Origin: Dehalococcoidia bacterium
GTDB lineage: Bacteria > Chloroflexota > Dehalococcoidia > UBA2979
NCBI GenBank assembly: GCA_963667465.2
Contig: CAXXDN010000002.1
Span: forward strand, 1,088,001-1,152,000
Direction: 5' to 3'
Length of the DNA: 64,000 bases
Under the pieces are notes generated by a model. It searched no databases, was not told where the DNA came from, and worked only from the letters and a program-made list of their open reading frames with translations. Shown in pieces: positions 33,812 to 44,034 of this stretch. Position 1 is the stretch's first letter. The number at the start of each line of letters is the position of its first letter. The translations under genes were made by a program, and so were the position numbers.

Positions 33812-33887
33812 GGGGGCGTAGCTCAGTCGGGAGAGCGCGGCGTTCGCAATGCCGAGGTCAGGGGTTCGAATCCCCTCGCCTCCACCA
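33812..33887 (+). tRNA. tRNA-Ala(CGC)
   Basis: Acceptor GGGGGCG/CGCCTCC with G3:U70, anticodon arm CGGCG-TT-CGC-AA-TGCCG, CCA. Confidence 0.95.
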
Positions 33888-33936
33888 CCCAGCCCGACCA
33901 CTCTCCAGGGCCGGACAGCCACCGCCGGAAGGGCCC

Positions 33937-35127
33937 ATGGACGGCTCCCTCGCAACCACCGCCCGCGAGCTCGACGAGATCGTCGAACGCGTCCGCGAGG
34001 CGGGCAGCTTCGCTTTCGACCTCGAGTTCGTCCCCGAGGGCCGCTACATCCCCGAGCTGGCGCTCGTGCAGGTCGCATGGGGCGACCCCGAGGACCCCGA
34101 ACTCGCTGCCATCGACCCCCTCGAGGTCGATGTGACGCCCTTCGCTGAGCTGGTCGGCGATGAGCAGATCGAGACGCTGGTGCACGCCGCGCAGGCGGAC
34201 CTCGCGATCCTCGCGGGCAGCTTCGAGACGGAGGGCCGCGCGGTCCGCGATACGCAGATCGCCGCCGCGTTCGCCGGCTACGGCGACCAGATCGGCTACG
34301 CGGCGCTCGTGCAGAGCACGCTCGGCGTGCGGCTGCACAAGGGCTCGCAGTACACGGAGTGGCTGCGCCGGCCGCTCTCGCGGACGCAACTCACGTACGC
34401 CCTCGACGACGTCCGCTACCTCGCGCGCGTCTGGGGCGAACTGCACGCCCGCCTCGCCGGCGGGGAGCGGCTCGCATGGGCGCTCGAGGAGTGCCAGCAA
34501 CTCGCGGCCACGGCCTGGCGGCGGCCCGCGCCCGACGAGAGCTACCGCCGCGTGAAGGGCTGGGCGCGCCTCAGCGGCCCGGAGCGCGGCGCGCTGCGCG
34601 AGCTGGCCGCATGGCGCGAGCGCGAAGCGCTGCGCGGCAACCGCCCGCCCTCGCGCGTGCTCAACGACCGCTCGCTGCTCGAACTCGCCCGCACCGGGCC
34701 ATCGAGCGAGGACGGATTGCGCGCCGTCCGCGGTGTCGACGAGGGCATCGTGCGACGCCACGGCGGGCGGCTGCTGGCGGCGATCGAGGAGGGCGCGGCC
34801 CGCCCGATCGACCGCGAGCCCTCGCGCGCGCCTCTGTCGGCCGCGGGCGAGGTCTGGGCCACGGCGCTGCACGGGCTCGTGCGCGCACTCGCGCTGGAAG
34901 CCGGGATCGCCCCGCGCTTCCTCGGGCCGCGCAGCGAGATCGAGGCGGTCGTGCGCTGGTGGATCGAGGGCGACCGTGAGTCGCCGCCACCCCTGCCGCT
35001 GCTGGAAGGCTGGCGCGGCGCACTGGCCGGAGACGCGATCCTCGCCTGGCTCGGCGGCGAGGCGGCGCTTGTCGCCGACCCCGACTCCGAGGCGGGCGTG
35101 CGGCTGGAGCCGCGCACGCAGCGCTAG
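33937..35127 (+). CDS. rnd: Ribonuclease D (DEDDy + HRDC)
   Basis: 'FDLEF..YIPELALVQ', 'HAAQADL', 'DTQIAA', 'WLRRPLS..QLTYALDDVRYL', HRDC 'LAAWREREA..NRP'. Confidence 0.92.
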   Translation: MDGSLATTARELDEIVERVREAGSFAFDLEFVPEGRYIPELALVQVAWGDPEDPELAAIDPLEVDVTPFAELVGDEQIETLVHAAQADLAILAGSFETEGRAVRDTQIAAAFAGYGDQIGYAALVQSTLGVRLHKGSQYTEWLRRPLSRTQLTYALDDVRYLARVWGELHARLAGGERLAWALEECQQLAATAWRRPAPDESYRRVKGWARLSGPERGALRELAAWREREALRGNRPPSRVLNDRSLLELARTGPSSEDGLRAVRGVDEGIVRRHGGRLLAAIEEGAARPIDREPSRAPLSAAGEVWATALHGLVRALALEAGIAPRFLGPRSEIEAVVRWWIEGDRESPPPLPLLEGWRGALAGDAILAWLGGEAALVADPDSEAGVRLEPRTQR

Positions 35128-35152
35128 GCTGCCTCCGCGCTACACTCTTCCC

Positions 35153-36766
35153 ATGCACACGCAGATCAAGAAGATCGTGATCGTGGGCGGCGGAACCGCC
35201 GGCTGGCTCTCCGCCATCCACCTCTCGCGCTTCTGGAAGCGCGGGCGCGGCAACGACGACCTCGAGATCGTCGTCGTCGAGGCGCCCGACATCCCGATCG
35301 TCGGCGTCGGCGAGGCGACGACCGGGCTCTTCACCACCTTCATCCGCAACCTCTCGAACGAGCGCGAGTTCCTGCGCGAGACGAAGGCCTCGTTCAAGCT
35401 CGGCATCCTGCACCGCAACTGGACGGGCGACGGCTCGTACTACCTCGGCCCACTCAACGACGACCGCCAGCTCGGCATTCCCGCGCTGCCGCCGGAGACG
35501 TTCCCCTACTTCTTCGCCGCCTCCGTCGCCGAGGGCGAACCGGCCTGGGAAAACGTGCTCAACTCGCGGCTGATGCTCGACCACCTCGCGCCCTACAGCC
35601 GCCCGCCCGGACAGCCCGAGCAGAGCGCCTGGGACTACGCCTACCACTTCGACACCCACATCGTCGGGGCCTACCTGCGCTCGAAGTGCGAGGGCGTCAC
35701 GCACATCGAGGGCACCGTCGAGGCGGTCAACCTCGAGCCGGGCAACGGGCACGTGCGCAGCGTGACGCTCGCCGACGGCCGGGAGATCGAGGGCGACTTC
35801 TTCCTCGACTGCTCCGGTTTCCGCAAGCTGATCATCGGCGGGGCGTACGAAGAGGAGTGGATCTCCTACGCCGAGCACCTGCCGGTGAACCGCGCCCTGC
35901 CCTTCTCCGTGCCGCACGAGGAGGACGCCTCGATTCCCTCGTACACGCACGCCTGGGCGCTCTCCGCCGGCTGGCTGTGGCAGATCCCGACGCAGGAGCG
36001 GCTGGGCTGCGGCTACGCCTACTGCGACGACTTCATCAGCCGGGACGAGGCGCAGGCCGAGGTCGAGGCGGCGCTCGGCCACACGATCGAACCCTGGGGC
36101 GACATCCCCATCGCGAGCGGCCGCTTCCGCCGGCTGTGGGTCAAGAACTGCGTCGCGGTCGGGCTCTCCGGCGCGTTCAGCGAACCGCTCGAGTCCACCT
36201 CGATCCACGGCACGCTGGTCCAGCTGCTCGTGCTGGTCCAAGAGTACCTGACGGATCACTTCGACTTCGACGCTGAGCCGATCCTCGATCGCTACAACCG
36301 GCGGATGGGCCGGATGTACGACGACTTCCGCGACTTCCTGGTGATGCACTACCAGGGCGGCCGCGACGACACCGAGTTCTGGCGATCGATCGGGATCAAC
36401 GACTCGGCACGCGAACGCCTCAACCTGTGGAGGCACAAGACGCCGATCAGCTCGGACCTCGACCCCTACTTCGGGGCGATCGACATGAAGCTCTGGTTCT
36501 TCACGCTGGACGGCCTCGGCTTGCTCGACCCCGAAGTCGCAAGGCGGGAGCTGGACTACTACGGCCTCTGGGACGACGCGAAGCGGGCACACCGCGAGCA
36601 GCGCACCCGGGGCGACGCCTTCGTGCGTCACGCGGTCCCGCACGCGCGCTACCTGGAGCGGGCGGCCACGGCTCCCGAAGCGCCCTCGCAGCCGCTCTCG
36701 GCAGCCCGCCCGCGCCAGCAGCGGCTCAGCCGCGCCGAGCGGCGCCGCCGCTCCCGAGGCGGCTAG
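35153..36766 (+). CDS. Flavin-dependent halogenase (tryptophan halogenase family)
   Basis: GGGTAG, 'IVGVGEAT', 'ASFKLGI' (catalytic Lys), 'YAYHFD', 'DCSGF', WLWQIP (WxWxIP), 'FSEPLESTSI'. Confidence 0.92.
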   Translation: MHTQIKKIVIVGGGTAGWLSAIHLSRFWKRGRGNDDLEIVVVEAPDIPIVGVGEATTGLFTTFIRNLSNEREFLRETKASFKLGILHRNWTGDGSYYLGPLNDDRQLGIPALPPETFPYFFAASVAEGEPAWENVLNSRLMLDHLAPYSRPPGQPEQSAWDYAYHFDTHIVGAYLRSKCEGVTHIEGTVEAVNLEPGNGHVRSVTLADGREIEGDFFLDCSGFRKLIIGGAYEEEWISYAEHLPVNRALPFSVPHEEDASIPSYTHAWALSAGWLWQIPTQERLGCGYAYCDDFISRDEAQAEVEAALGHTIEPWGDIPIASGRFRRLWVKNCVAVGLSGAFSEPLESTSIHGTLVQLLVLVQEYLTDHFDFDAEPILDRYNRRMGRMYDDFRDFLVMHYQGGRDDTEFWRSIGINDSARERLNLWRHKTPISSDLDPYFGAIDMKLWFFTLDGLGLLDPEVARRELDYYGLWDDAKRAHREQRTRGDAFVRHAVPHARYLERAATAPEAPSQPLSAARPRQQRLSRAERRRRSRGG

Positions 36767-36839
36767 CAGGGTGCTGCTGAGGCGCCCACCCCACGGACAC
36801 GGTGCGTTCGGGGGCGCCGCCGCATAGATTGGTTGGTGC

Positions 36840-36914
36840 GCCCTCGTAGCTCAGGGGATAGAGCAAGGGATTCCTAATCCCTGTGCGGAGGTTCGAATCC
36901 TCCCGAGGGCACCA
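36840..36914 (+). tRNA. tRNA-Arg(CCT)
   Basis: Acceptor GCCCTCG/CGAGGGC, anticodon arm AGGGA-TT-CCT-AA-TCCCT, CCA. Confidence 0.95.
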
Positions 36915-37006
36915 GCACCGCTCCCGGGCGCCCGCCTCGTGCTGGACCGAGCGGCGCGCGCTCGGCAGACTATGAGCAGACGGCGCGACGAGTCTCGGAG
37001 GCCGGG

Positions 37007-37210
37007 ATGGCGACCATCGCCCAGGAACTGGAACAGCAGATCCTCGACGCCCTCGCTGAGGGCGAGGACCTGAGCAAGGCCGACCTCGCAAAGCGCATCC
37101 CCGAGATCGAGGCCGCACACCTCGCCACGGCGCTGCGCACGCTCAAGCGCGGGCGCGGCATCGTCGTGAGTAGCGACGGCAGCAAGCGCGTTTACCGGCT
37201 CGCCGATTAG
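37007..37210 (+). CDS. Small winged-helix protein
   Basis: 67 aa, GGAGG SD; 'ILDAL..LSKADLAKRI..LRTLKRGRGIV..YRL'. Confidence 0.7.
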   Translation: MATIAQELEQQILDALAEGEDLSKADLAKRIPEIEAAHLATALRTLKRGRGIVVSSDGSKRVYRLAD

Positions 37211-37237
37211 CGCCTGCCGGCACGGGATACCCAGCTC

Positions 37238-38608
37238 ATGAGCACACCGCTCGATGACGCGACGCTGAACCACGCTCGCGCCGAGCGGCGCGCACGCATC
37301 ATCCGCCTCGTCCGCCCCTTCCAGGAGTTCTTGCACACCGAGGCGGCCAGCGGCATCGCCATCATCAGCGCGGTGGTGTTCGCACTGATCGCCGCCAACA
37401 CGCCCCTCTCCGACCTCTACGGAGAGATTGTCCACTATCACATCGCGGTGGACGTCGGGTTCTTCCAGCTTGATGCCGGGCTGCAGCACTGGGTCAACGA
37501 CGGCCTGATGGTGATCTTCTTCTTTGTCGTTGGGATGGAGATCAAGCGCGAGGTCGTCGCCGGCGAACTGTCCGGCGGCCGCAAGGTCTGGGCGCCGGTT
37601 GCCGCTGCGGCCGGAGGCATGATCGTCCCCGTCGTCATCTTCCTCGCGCTCGTCGAGGGCGACACCGCCCGCGAGGGCTGGGCGATCCCGATGGCGACCG
37701 ACATCGCCATCGCCGTCGGCGTTCTGACGCTCGTCGGGTCGCGGGTTCCCGCCGGACTGAAGGTGCTGCTGCTCGCCCTCGCGATCGTGGACGACATCGG
37801 CGCAATTGCCGTCATCGCCATCTTCTACACCGACAACATCGATCTCGCGGCGCTGGCGATCACGATCGGACTGCTCGGCCTCGTGCTGCTCATGAGCTTC
37901 AACGGCATCAAGGTGGTGTCGCTCTACGTCGCGGTCGGCCTGGTGGCCTGGATGATGGCCCACAACTCGGGAGTCCATCCAACCATCCTCGGCGTCGCGC
38001 TGGGGCTGATGACGCCGCTACAGCCGTGGTACCGCAGCACCGCGCTTCCAGACCTCGCCGAGGCGCTGCTCAGCCGGATCCGCGCCCGCGAGTCCGCGCC
38101 CGACGACGACGACGAGGCGCACCACGAGCGGGTGGGCGCCCTGCTCACGCTCGGTGAACTCAGCGAGCAGGCAATCTCGCCACTCGACCGCATCGAGCAC
38201 CGCGTGCTGCCCTGGTCGGCGTTCCTCATCGTCCCGCTCTTCGCCTTCGTCAACGCCGGCGTCGACTTGCGCGGCGGGGCGCTCGAGGAAGCAGCCTCCT
38301 CGACGCTCGCGCTGGGCGTCGGGCTCGGGCTGCTTGTCGGCAAGCCTGTCGGCGCGACGCTCGCCGCCTGGATAGCCGTGCGCCTCGGAGCCGAACTCCC
38401 GGCAGGCGTCACCTGGCCCGGCGTCGCCGGCGTCGGCCTCATCGCCGGCATCGGGTTCACCGTCGCGCTGTTCGTAACCGAGCTGTCCTTCGATGACGAG
38501 ACGCTGCTGGCGCAGGCCAAGGTCGGTATCTTCATCGCCTCAGTCGTGGCCGGACTGGTCGGACTGGCCATCATGCGTTTCCTCGTCCCCATACGCGAAG
38601 AGTCATGA
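37238..38608 (+). CDS. nhaA: Na+/H+ antiporter NhaA
   Basis: 'WVNDGLM.IFFF.VGMEIKRE', 'GWAIPMATDIA', 'LAIVDDIGA', 'AGIGFTVALF'. Confidence 0.95.
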   Translation: MSTPLDDATLNHARAERRARIIRLVRPFQEFLHTEAASGIAIISAVVFALIAANTPLSDLYGEIVHYHIAVDVGFFQLDAGLQHWVNDGLMVIFFFVVGMEIKREVVAGELSGGRKVWAPVAAAAGGMIVPVVIFLALVEGDTAREGWAIPMATDIAIAVGVLTLVGSRVPAGLKVLLLALAIVDDIGAIAVIAIFYTDNIDLAALAITIGLLGLVLLMSFNGIKVVSLYVAVGLVAWMMAHNSGVHPTILGVALGLMTPLQPWYRSTALPDLAEALLSRIRARESAPDDDDEAHHERVGALLTLGELSEQAISPLDRIEHRVLPWSAFLIVPLFAFVNAGVDLRGGALEEAASSTLALGVGLGLLVGKPVGATLAAWIAVRLGAELPAGVTWPGVAGVGLIAGIGFTVALFVTELSFDDETLLAQAKVGIFIASVVAGLVGLAIMRFLVPIREES

Positions 38609-39927
38609 CCGCGCCCGCCTTCCCGGCGGCCGTCTTCGCGAGGCGTCGCGCGCGCCTGATGCGCCGCCTGCCACGCGACAGCGCCGCGGTCTTCGGCGCC
38701 GGCCGCGAGGCGCAACGCAACGGCGACGTCGACTATCCCTTCCGCCAGCGCTCCAGCTTCTACTACCTCACCGGCCTCGAGGAGCCGGACGCCGTCGCCG
38801 TGCTCCGCCCCGGCCACGAGCAACCGTTTGTGCTGCTCGTGCGCCCCTATGACCCCGAGACCGCCATCTGGGACGGACCGCGCCTCGGCGTCGAGGGCGC
38901 GACCGCCGAGCTCGGCGCCGACACCGCCTACCCGATCGGCGAACTCGCCGATCAGCTGCCGAAGCTGCTCGGCGAGGCGCGAACCGTCGCCTTCTCGCTC
39001 GGCAGCGACGAGCGTCTCGAGCGGCTGATCTCGCGCATCGTCGCCGGGCGGCGCGCCGGAGCGCAGCGTGGGACTCCGGCGATCGAGCGGCTGATCGACC
39101 CGGCCCCGCTCGTCGACGCGCTGCGCCTGATCAAGACGCGCGAGGAGATCACGGCGCTGCAGCGCGCGATCGACATCACCGGCGCAGGCATCGAGGCGGC
39201 GATGCGCGCGACCCGCCCCGGCCTGCACGAGTACGAGGTGCAGGCCGTCCTCGAGGCCGAGTTCCGCCGCCTGGGTTCACCGCGCGACGGCTTCCCCTCG
39301 ATCGTCGCGGCGGGCGTCAACTCCTGCACCCTGCACTACACCGACAACCGCGCGCCGATCGCCAACGGCGACCTGCTGCTGCTCGACGTGGGCGCCGAGG
39401 TCGACTACTACGGCGCGGACGTGAGCCGCACCTTCCCCGCGAACGGCCGCTTCCGCGCCGCTCAGCGCGATGTCTACGAGGTCGTGCTCGCCGCGCAGCG
39501 CGAGGCGACCGGGTTGGTGGCGCCGGGCGTCCGCTTCCACGACGTGCACGAGCGCGCCCGGCGCGTCATCACCGAGGGTTTACGCGACCTCGGGGTCATC
39601 GAGGGCCGGCTGCCGACGCTGCTCAAGCAGGAGGCGAGCCGCCCGTATTTCATGCACGGCACCTCGCACTGGCTCGGCATGGACGTGCACGACGCCGGGC
39701 TCTACCGCGAGGACGGCGAGTCGGTGGTGCTGCGGCCGGGGATGGTGCTGACGGTGGAGCCGGGTCTTTACTTCGCGCCCGGCCTGCGCGGCGTGCCGCG
39801 CCGGCTGCGCGGCATCGGCGTGCGCATCGAGGACGACGTGCTCGTCACGCGCAACGGCCACCGCGTGCTCTCCGAGGCGATCCCGAAGGACCCGGACGCC
39901 ATCGAGGCGATCGTCGGCGAGGGCTGA
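38605..39927 (+). CDS. pepP: Xaa-Pro aminopeptidase (M24B)
   Basis: 'RNGDVDYPFRQ.S.FYYLTG', 'LHY', 'HGTSHWLGMDVHD', 'TVEPGLY', 'GVRIEDDV'. Confidence 0.95.
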   Translation: MTAPAFPAAVFARRRARLMRRLPRDSAAVFGAGREAQRNGDVDYPFRQRSSFYYLTGLEEPDAVAVLRPGHEQPFVLLVRPYDPETAIWDGPRLGVEGATAELGADTAYPIGELADQLPKLLGEARTVAFSLGSDERLERLISRIVAGRRAGAQRGTPAIERLIDPAPLVDALRLIKTREEITALQRAIDITGAGIEAAMRATRPGLHEYEVQAVLEAEFRRLGSPRDGFPSIVAAGVNSCTLHYTDNRAPIANGDLLLLDVGAEVDYYGADVSRTFPANGRFRAAQRDVYEVVLAAQREATGLVAPGVRFHDVHERARRVITEGLRDLGVIEGRLPTLLKQEASRPYFMHGTSHWLGMDVHDAGLYREDGESVVLRPGMVLTVEPGLYFAPGLRGVPRRLRGIGVRIEDDVLVTRNGHRVLSEAIPKDPDAIEAIVGEG

Positions 39928-39967
39928 TCACCGGCTTCCACACGAATTGCTCAGGCGCGTTCTCGCA

Positions 39968-39997
39968 TTGACAACACGCCCCGAAAATGGCTAATCT
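39968..39997 (+). promoter_or_regulatory. Sigma70-type promoter for nrdJ
   Basis: TTGACA-N18-TAATCT. Confidence 0.7.
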
Positions 39998-40144
39998 GCC
40001 GTCCCTTGACGCTCACTCGCTCAAGCAGGTGCGCAGTGCCGAAACGCACCTGCCTGCGGTGATTTCCGGGCTCAGGGGTATCGGGGGGGCGCGGGCGGCG
40101 AGATGCCGCCGAGCGCGATTACGGGCGCTACGCGGGAGCAGATC

Positions 40145-43100
40145 ATGCGCATCGAACGACACTTCACCACCGCCGGGCAGGACCCGCTCGAGGGGATCGC
40201 CTTCGCGCCAAGGGACTCGCGCATCGTCAACCCTGACGGCTCGGTCGTCTTCGAGGCGTCCGGGGTGCGCATGCCCGCCGACTGGTCGCAGGTCGCCGTC
40301 GACATCATGGCGCAAAAGTACTTCCGCAAGACCGGCATCGCCGACGAGCTCAGCGCCGTCGAGGAAGACGGCGTGCCCGAGTGGCTGTGGCGCTCCGTGC
40401 CCGCCGAGGGCTCCGACGACTCCGGCGGCGAGATCGACGCGCGCCAGGTCTTCGGCCGCCTCGCCGGCACCTGGGCGTACTGGGGCTGGAAGAACGGCTA
40501 CTTCGACGGCGAGGAGGACGCACGCGCCTTCCACGACGAGCTGGTCCTGATGATGGCGACCCAGCGCGCCGCGCCCAACTCGCCGCAGTGGTTCAACACC
40601 GGCCTGCACTGGGCCTACGGCATCACCGGCCCCTCGCAGGGTCACTCCTACTTCGATCCGGACTTCGGCGCCGTGCGCCAGTCGACCAGCGCCTACGAGC
40701 GCCCGCAGCCGCACGCCTGCTTCATCCAGTCCGTCGCCGACGACCTCGTCAACGAGGGCGGCATCATGGACCTCTGGACGCGCGAGGCGCGGATCTTCAA
40801 GTACGGCTCCGGCACCGGCTCCAACTTCTCCAGGATTCGTGGTGAGAACGAGTTCCTCTCCGGCGGCGGCAAGTCCTCCGGCCTGATGTCCTTCCTCAAG
40901 ATCGGCGACCGCGCCGCGGGCGCGATCAAGTCCGGCGGCACCACCCGCCGCGCCGCCAAGATGGTGATCGTCGACGTCGACCACCCCGACATCGAGGAGT
41001 TCATCGACTGGAAGGTGGCCGAGGAGCAGAAGGTCGCCGCCCTCGTCGCCGGCTCGCGCGTGATCCGCCGCCGCCTGGCGGCGGTCCTCGCCGCCACCGA
41101 GGGCGGCTTCGACCCTGCCGCGAACCGCTCGCTGCGCCGCGCCATCGCGCGCGCCCGCCGCGACGGCGTGCCGGACAGCTGCGTCCAGCGCGTCCTGCAG
41201 CTCGCCGAGGCCGGCGAGGGGCCGATCGACTTCAGCGAGTTCGACACGGACTGGCAGGGCGAGGCCTACCAGACCGTCTCCGGCCAGAACGCCAACAACT
41301 CCGTGCGTGTCAGCGCCGACTTCCTCGAGGCCGTCGAGGAGGACCGCGAGTGGACGCTCTACCGCCGCGTCGACGGCAAGCCCGCGAAGACGGTGCGCGC
41401 CCGCGACCTGTGGGAGCGCATCGCGCGCGCCGCCTGGCAGTCCGCCGACCCGGGCGTGCAGTACGACACGACGATCAACGAGTGGCACACCTCGCCGGCG
41501 GGCGGGCCGATCCGCGGCTCCAACCCCTGCTCCGAGTACATGTTCCTCGACGACACGGCCTGCAACCTCGCCTCGCTCAACCTGCTGCGCTTCCACGACG
41601 AGGAGAGCGGCGAGGTGGACGTCGAGGCGTTCGAGCACGCCACGCGGCTGTGGACGATTGTGCTCGAGATCTCGGTGCTGATGGCGCAGTACCCGAGCCC
41701 CGTGATCGCGCAGCTCTCCCACGAGTACCGCACGCTCGGCCTCGGCTACGCCAACCTCGGCGCGCTGCTCATGCAGCAGGGCGTGCCCTACGACTCGCCC
41801 GAGGCGCTCGCCCAGACCGGCGGCTTCAGCGCACTGCTGACCGGCGTCTCCTACGCCACTTCCGCCGAGATCGCCGCCGAGCTCGGCCCCTTCCCCGCCT
41901 GGGAGCCGAACCGCGAGGCGATGCTGCGCGTGGTCCGCAACCACCGCCGCGCCGCCTACGACACGGCCGCCGAGGACTACGAGGGCCTGACGACGCTGCC
42001 GAAGGGCCTCGACGCCAGGCACTGCCCACGGCCGCTGCTCAAGGCGGCACAGGCCTCGTGGGACCGCGCGCTTGCCCTCGGCGAGGAGCACGGTTTCCGC
42101 AACGCGCAGACGACGCTCATCGCGCCCACCGGCACGATCGGCCTGCTGATGGACTGCGACACGACCGGTGTCGAGCCGGACTTCGCGCTCGTGAAGTTCA
42201 AGAAGCTGGCCGGCGGCGGCTACTTCCGCATCATCAACCAGTCCGTGCCCGGCGCGCTGCGCACGCTCGGCTACAACGCCCGGCAGGTCGAGGAGATCGT
42301 CGCCTACTGCGCGGGCACCGGCCGCCTCGAGGGCGCGCCGCATATCAACCGCCACACGCTCGCCCAGCACGGCTTCACTCGCCGCGTCCTGGACGAGGTC
42401 GACGGGGCCCTCGGCTCGGCGTTCGACATCACCTTCGCGTTCAACCGCTTCGTGCTCGGCGACGACTTCTGCCGCGATGTGCTCGGCCTCAGCGACGAGC
42501 AGCTCGCCGGCGCGAACCTGCTCGAGGCGATCGGCTTCAGCCGCGAGCAGATCGAGGAGGCCAACGACCACATCGTCGGCCGCATGACGATCGAGGGCGC
42601 CCCGCACCTGCGCGAGGACGACTACGCGGTCTTCGACTGCGCCAACCGCTGCGGCCGCTACGGCACGCGCTACATCGAGGCGATGGCGCACGTGCGCATC
42701 ATGGCGGCCGCCCAGCCGTTCCTCTCCGGCGCGATCAGCAAGACGATCAACCTGCCCGAGGACGCCGGCGTCGCAGACATCGCCGCCGTCTACGAGGCCG
42801 GCGCCGACTCGATGCTCAAGGCGCTCGCGCTCTACCGCGACGGCTCCAAGCTCTCGCAGCCCCTCGCCGCCACCGTGCTCGGCGACGACTTCGAGGACCT
42901 CGACGACTTCGAGGACTTCGACGACCTCAAGGAGGAGTCCGCGGAGGCGGAGCTCGACCCGAAGCAGGCGCTGGACGAGGTCGAGCGCCTGATCAGCACG
43001 CTGCCTCGGGCGGACGCGCGCGCGCTGGCGCGACGGCTCGTCGGCCTGCAGCGCGGCGAGCGCGAGCCGCTACCCTCGCGGCGGCCGGGCTTCGCGCAGA

Positions 43101-43804
43101 AGGCCAAGGTCGGCGGCCACACGATCTATCTGCACACCGGCGAGTTCGAGGACTCCCGGCTGGGCGAGATCTTCATCTCGATGTCCAAGGACGGGGCGGC
43201 GTTCCGCTCGCTGATGAACTGCTTCGCGATCGCCGTCTCGATCGGGCTGCAGCACGGCGTGCCGCTCGACGCCTACGTGGACTCCTTCCTGTTCACGAAG
43301 TTCGAGCCGAACGGCATCGTCACCGGCAACGACCGCGTCCGCATGGCGACCTCGATCATCGACTACGTCTTCCGCGAGCTGGCGGTCAGCTACCTCGGCC
43401 GCAGCGACCTCGCGCACCTCGGCGCGGTCGACCTCTCCAGCACCTCGACCGCCGAGGACGAGGACGAGCCGGGCGCCTGGCCGACGCCGACACCGGAGCC
43501 GCTACCCGCGCCCGACCCGGCCGAGTACGTACTCGCCCCGATCGCGGGCGGCTCGAACGGCCACGGCACGGCCGACGAGGGCAACGGCGCGGCGTCACCC
43601 GTCGCCGACCCGAGCCCCGAGGCGCCCTCGGGCGCGACGGAGGGCGAGGGCGCTCTGGCCACCGCCACGGCCATCTCGCAGACGACGGCGCGCCACTACG
43701 GCTTCGAGGGCGACCCCTGCCCGGAGTGCGGCCAGATGATGATGGTGCGCAACGGCACCTGCCTGAAGTGCATGTCCTGCGGGTCCACGTCGGGTTGCAG
43801 TTGA
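40145..43804 (+). CDS. nrdJ: Vitamin B12-dependent (class II) ribonucleotide reductase
   Basis: '[10 protein letters not shown]', 'HACFIQ', 'SNPCSEY', 'ACNLAS', 'APTGTI', 'GAISKTIN', C-terminal Zn ribbon '[16 protein letters not shown]'. Confidence 0.96.
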   Translation: MRIERHFTTAGQDPLEGIAFAPRDSRIVNPDGSVVFEASGVRMPADWSQVAVDIMAQKYFRKTGIADELSAVEEDGVPEWLWRSVPAEGSDDSGGEIDARQVFGRLAGTWAYWGWKNGYFDGEEDARAFHDELVLMMATQRAAPNSPQWFNTGLHWAYGITGPSQGHSYFDPDFGAVRQSTSAYERPQPHACFIQSVADDLVNEGGIMDLWTREARIFKYGSGTGSNFSRIRGENEFLSGGGKSSGLMSFLKIGDRAAGAIKSGGTTRRAAKMVIVDVDHPDIEEFIDWKVAEEQKVAALVAGSRVIRRRLAAVLAATEGGFDPAANRSLRRAIARARRDGVPDSCVQRVLQLAEAGEGPIDFSEFDTDWQGEAYQTVSGQNANNSVRVSADFLEAVEEDREWTLYRRVDGKPAKTVRARDLWERIARAAWQSADPGVQYDTTINEWHTSPAGGPIRGSNPCSEYMFLDDTACNLASLNLLRFHDEESGEVDVEAFEHATRLWTIVLEISVLMAQYPSPVIAQLSHEYRTLGLGYANLGALLMQQGVPYDSPEALAQTGGFSALLTGVSYATSAEIAAELGPFPAWEPNREAMLRVVRNHRRAAYDTAAEDYEGLTTLPKGLDARHCPRPLLKAAQASWDRALALGEEHGFRNAQTTLIAPTGTIGLLMDCDTTGVEPDFALVKFKKLAGGGYFRIINQSVPGALRTLGYNARQVEEIVAYCAGTGRLEGAPHINRHTLAQHGFTRRVLDEVDGALGSAFDITFAFNRFVLGDDFCRDVLGLSDEQLAGANLLEAIGFSREQIEEANDHIVGRMTIEGAPHLREDDYAVFDCANRCGRYGTRYIEAMAHVRIMAAAQPFLSGAISKTINLPEDAGVADIAAVYEAGADSMLKALALYRDGSKLSQPLAATVLGDDFEDLDDFEDFDDLKEESAEAELDPKQALDEVERLISTLPRADARALARRLVGLQRGEREPLPSRRPGFAQKAKVGGHTIYLHTGEFEDSRLGEIFISMSKDGAAFRSLMNCFAIAVSIGLQHGVPLDAYVDSFLFTKFEPNGIVTGNDRVRMATSIIDYVFRELAVSYLGRSDLAHLGAVDLSSTSTAEDEDEPGAWPTPTPEPLPAPDPAEYVLAPIAGGSNGHGTADEGNGAASPVADPSPEAPSGATEGEGALATATAISQTTARHYGFEGDPCPECGQMMMVRNGTCLKCMSCGSTSGCS

Positions 43805-43838
43805 GGGGAGAGCCAGATCGACTGATCCAGACCGAGGC

Positions 43839-44034
43839 GATGCGGGCTGTGCTGAGGCGCAGTATCTACCGCGCCTGCCACCACGTGAGGGTGAAACGCC
43901 TCGACCGTTCAGGTGAACGCGGCGACGTTCAGTTGAACGAGGGCAACGTCGATCGGCACACACAAGCTCGGCTCGCACCCTTCGGCGAGCGCACGTTTCA
44001 CACACGCATCGCCTACAAGGAATTGACAGCATGA
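43839..44034 (+). mobile_element. Decayed 3' remnant of an IS1595-family transposase
   Basis: 'AVLRRSIY..HHV.VKRLDR..LNEGNV..T..RL...RIAYKELTA*' resembles the IS1595 DDE C-terminus; degenerate DRYVNEATFRLNEGN visible in the DNA. Confidence 0.7.

Noticed and set aside
33731-33812. trmD/rplS missing after rimM
   Set aside because: Operon splitting is common and the genes are probably elsewhere; not assessable from this window.
42884-42930. Repeated gacgacttcgaggac units
   Set aside because: They encode an acidic linker ([15 protein letters not shown]) in NrdJ.
40145-43804. Intein or intron in nrdJ
   Set aside because: The length is explained by known class II insertions, a C-terminal domain and acidic/Pro linkers; no intein splice motifs seen.
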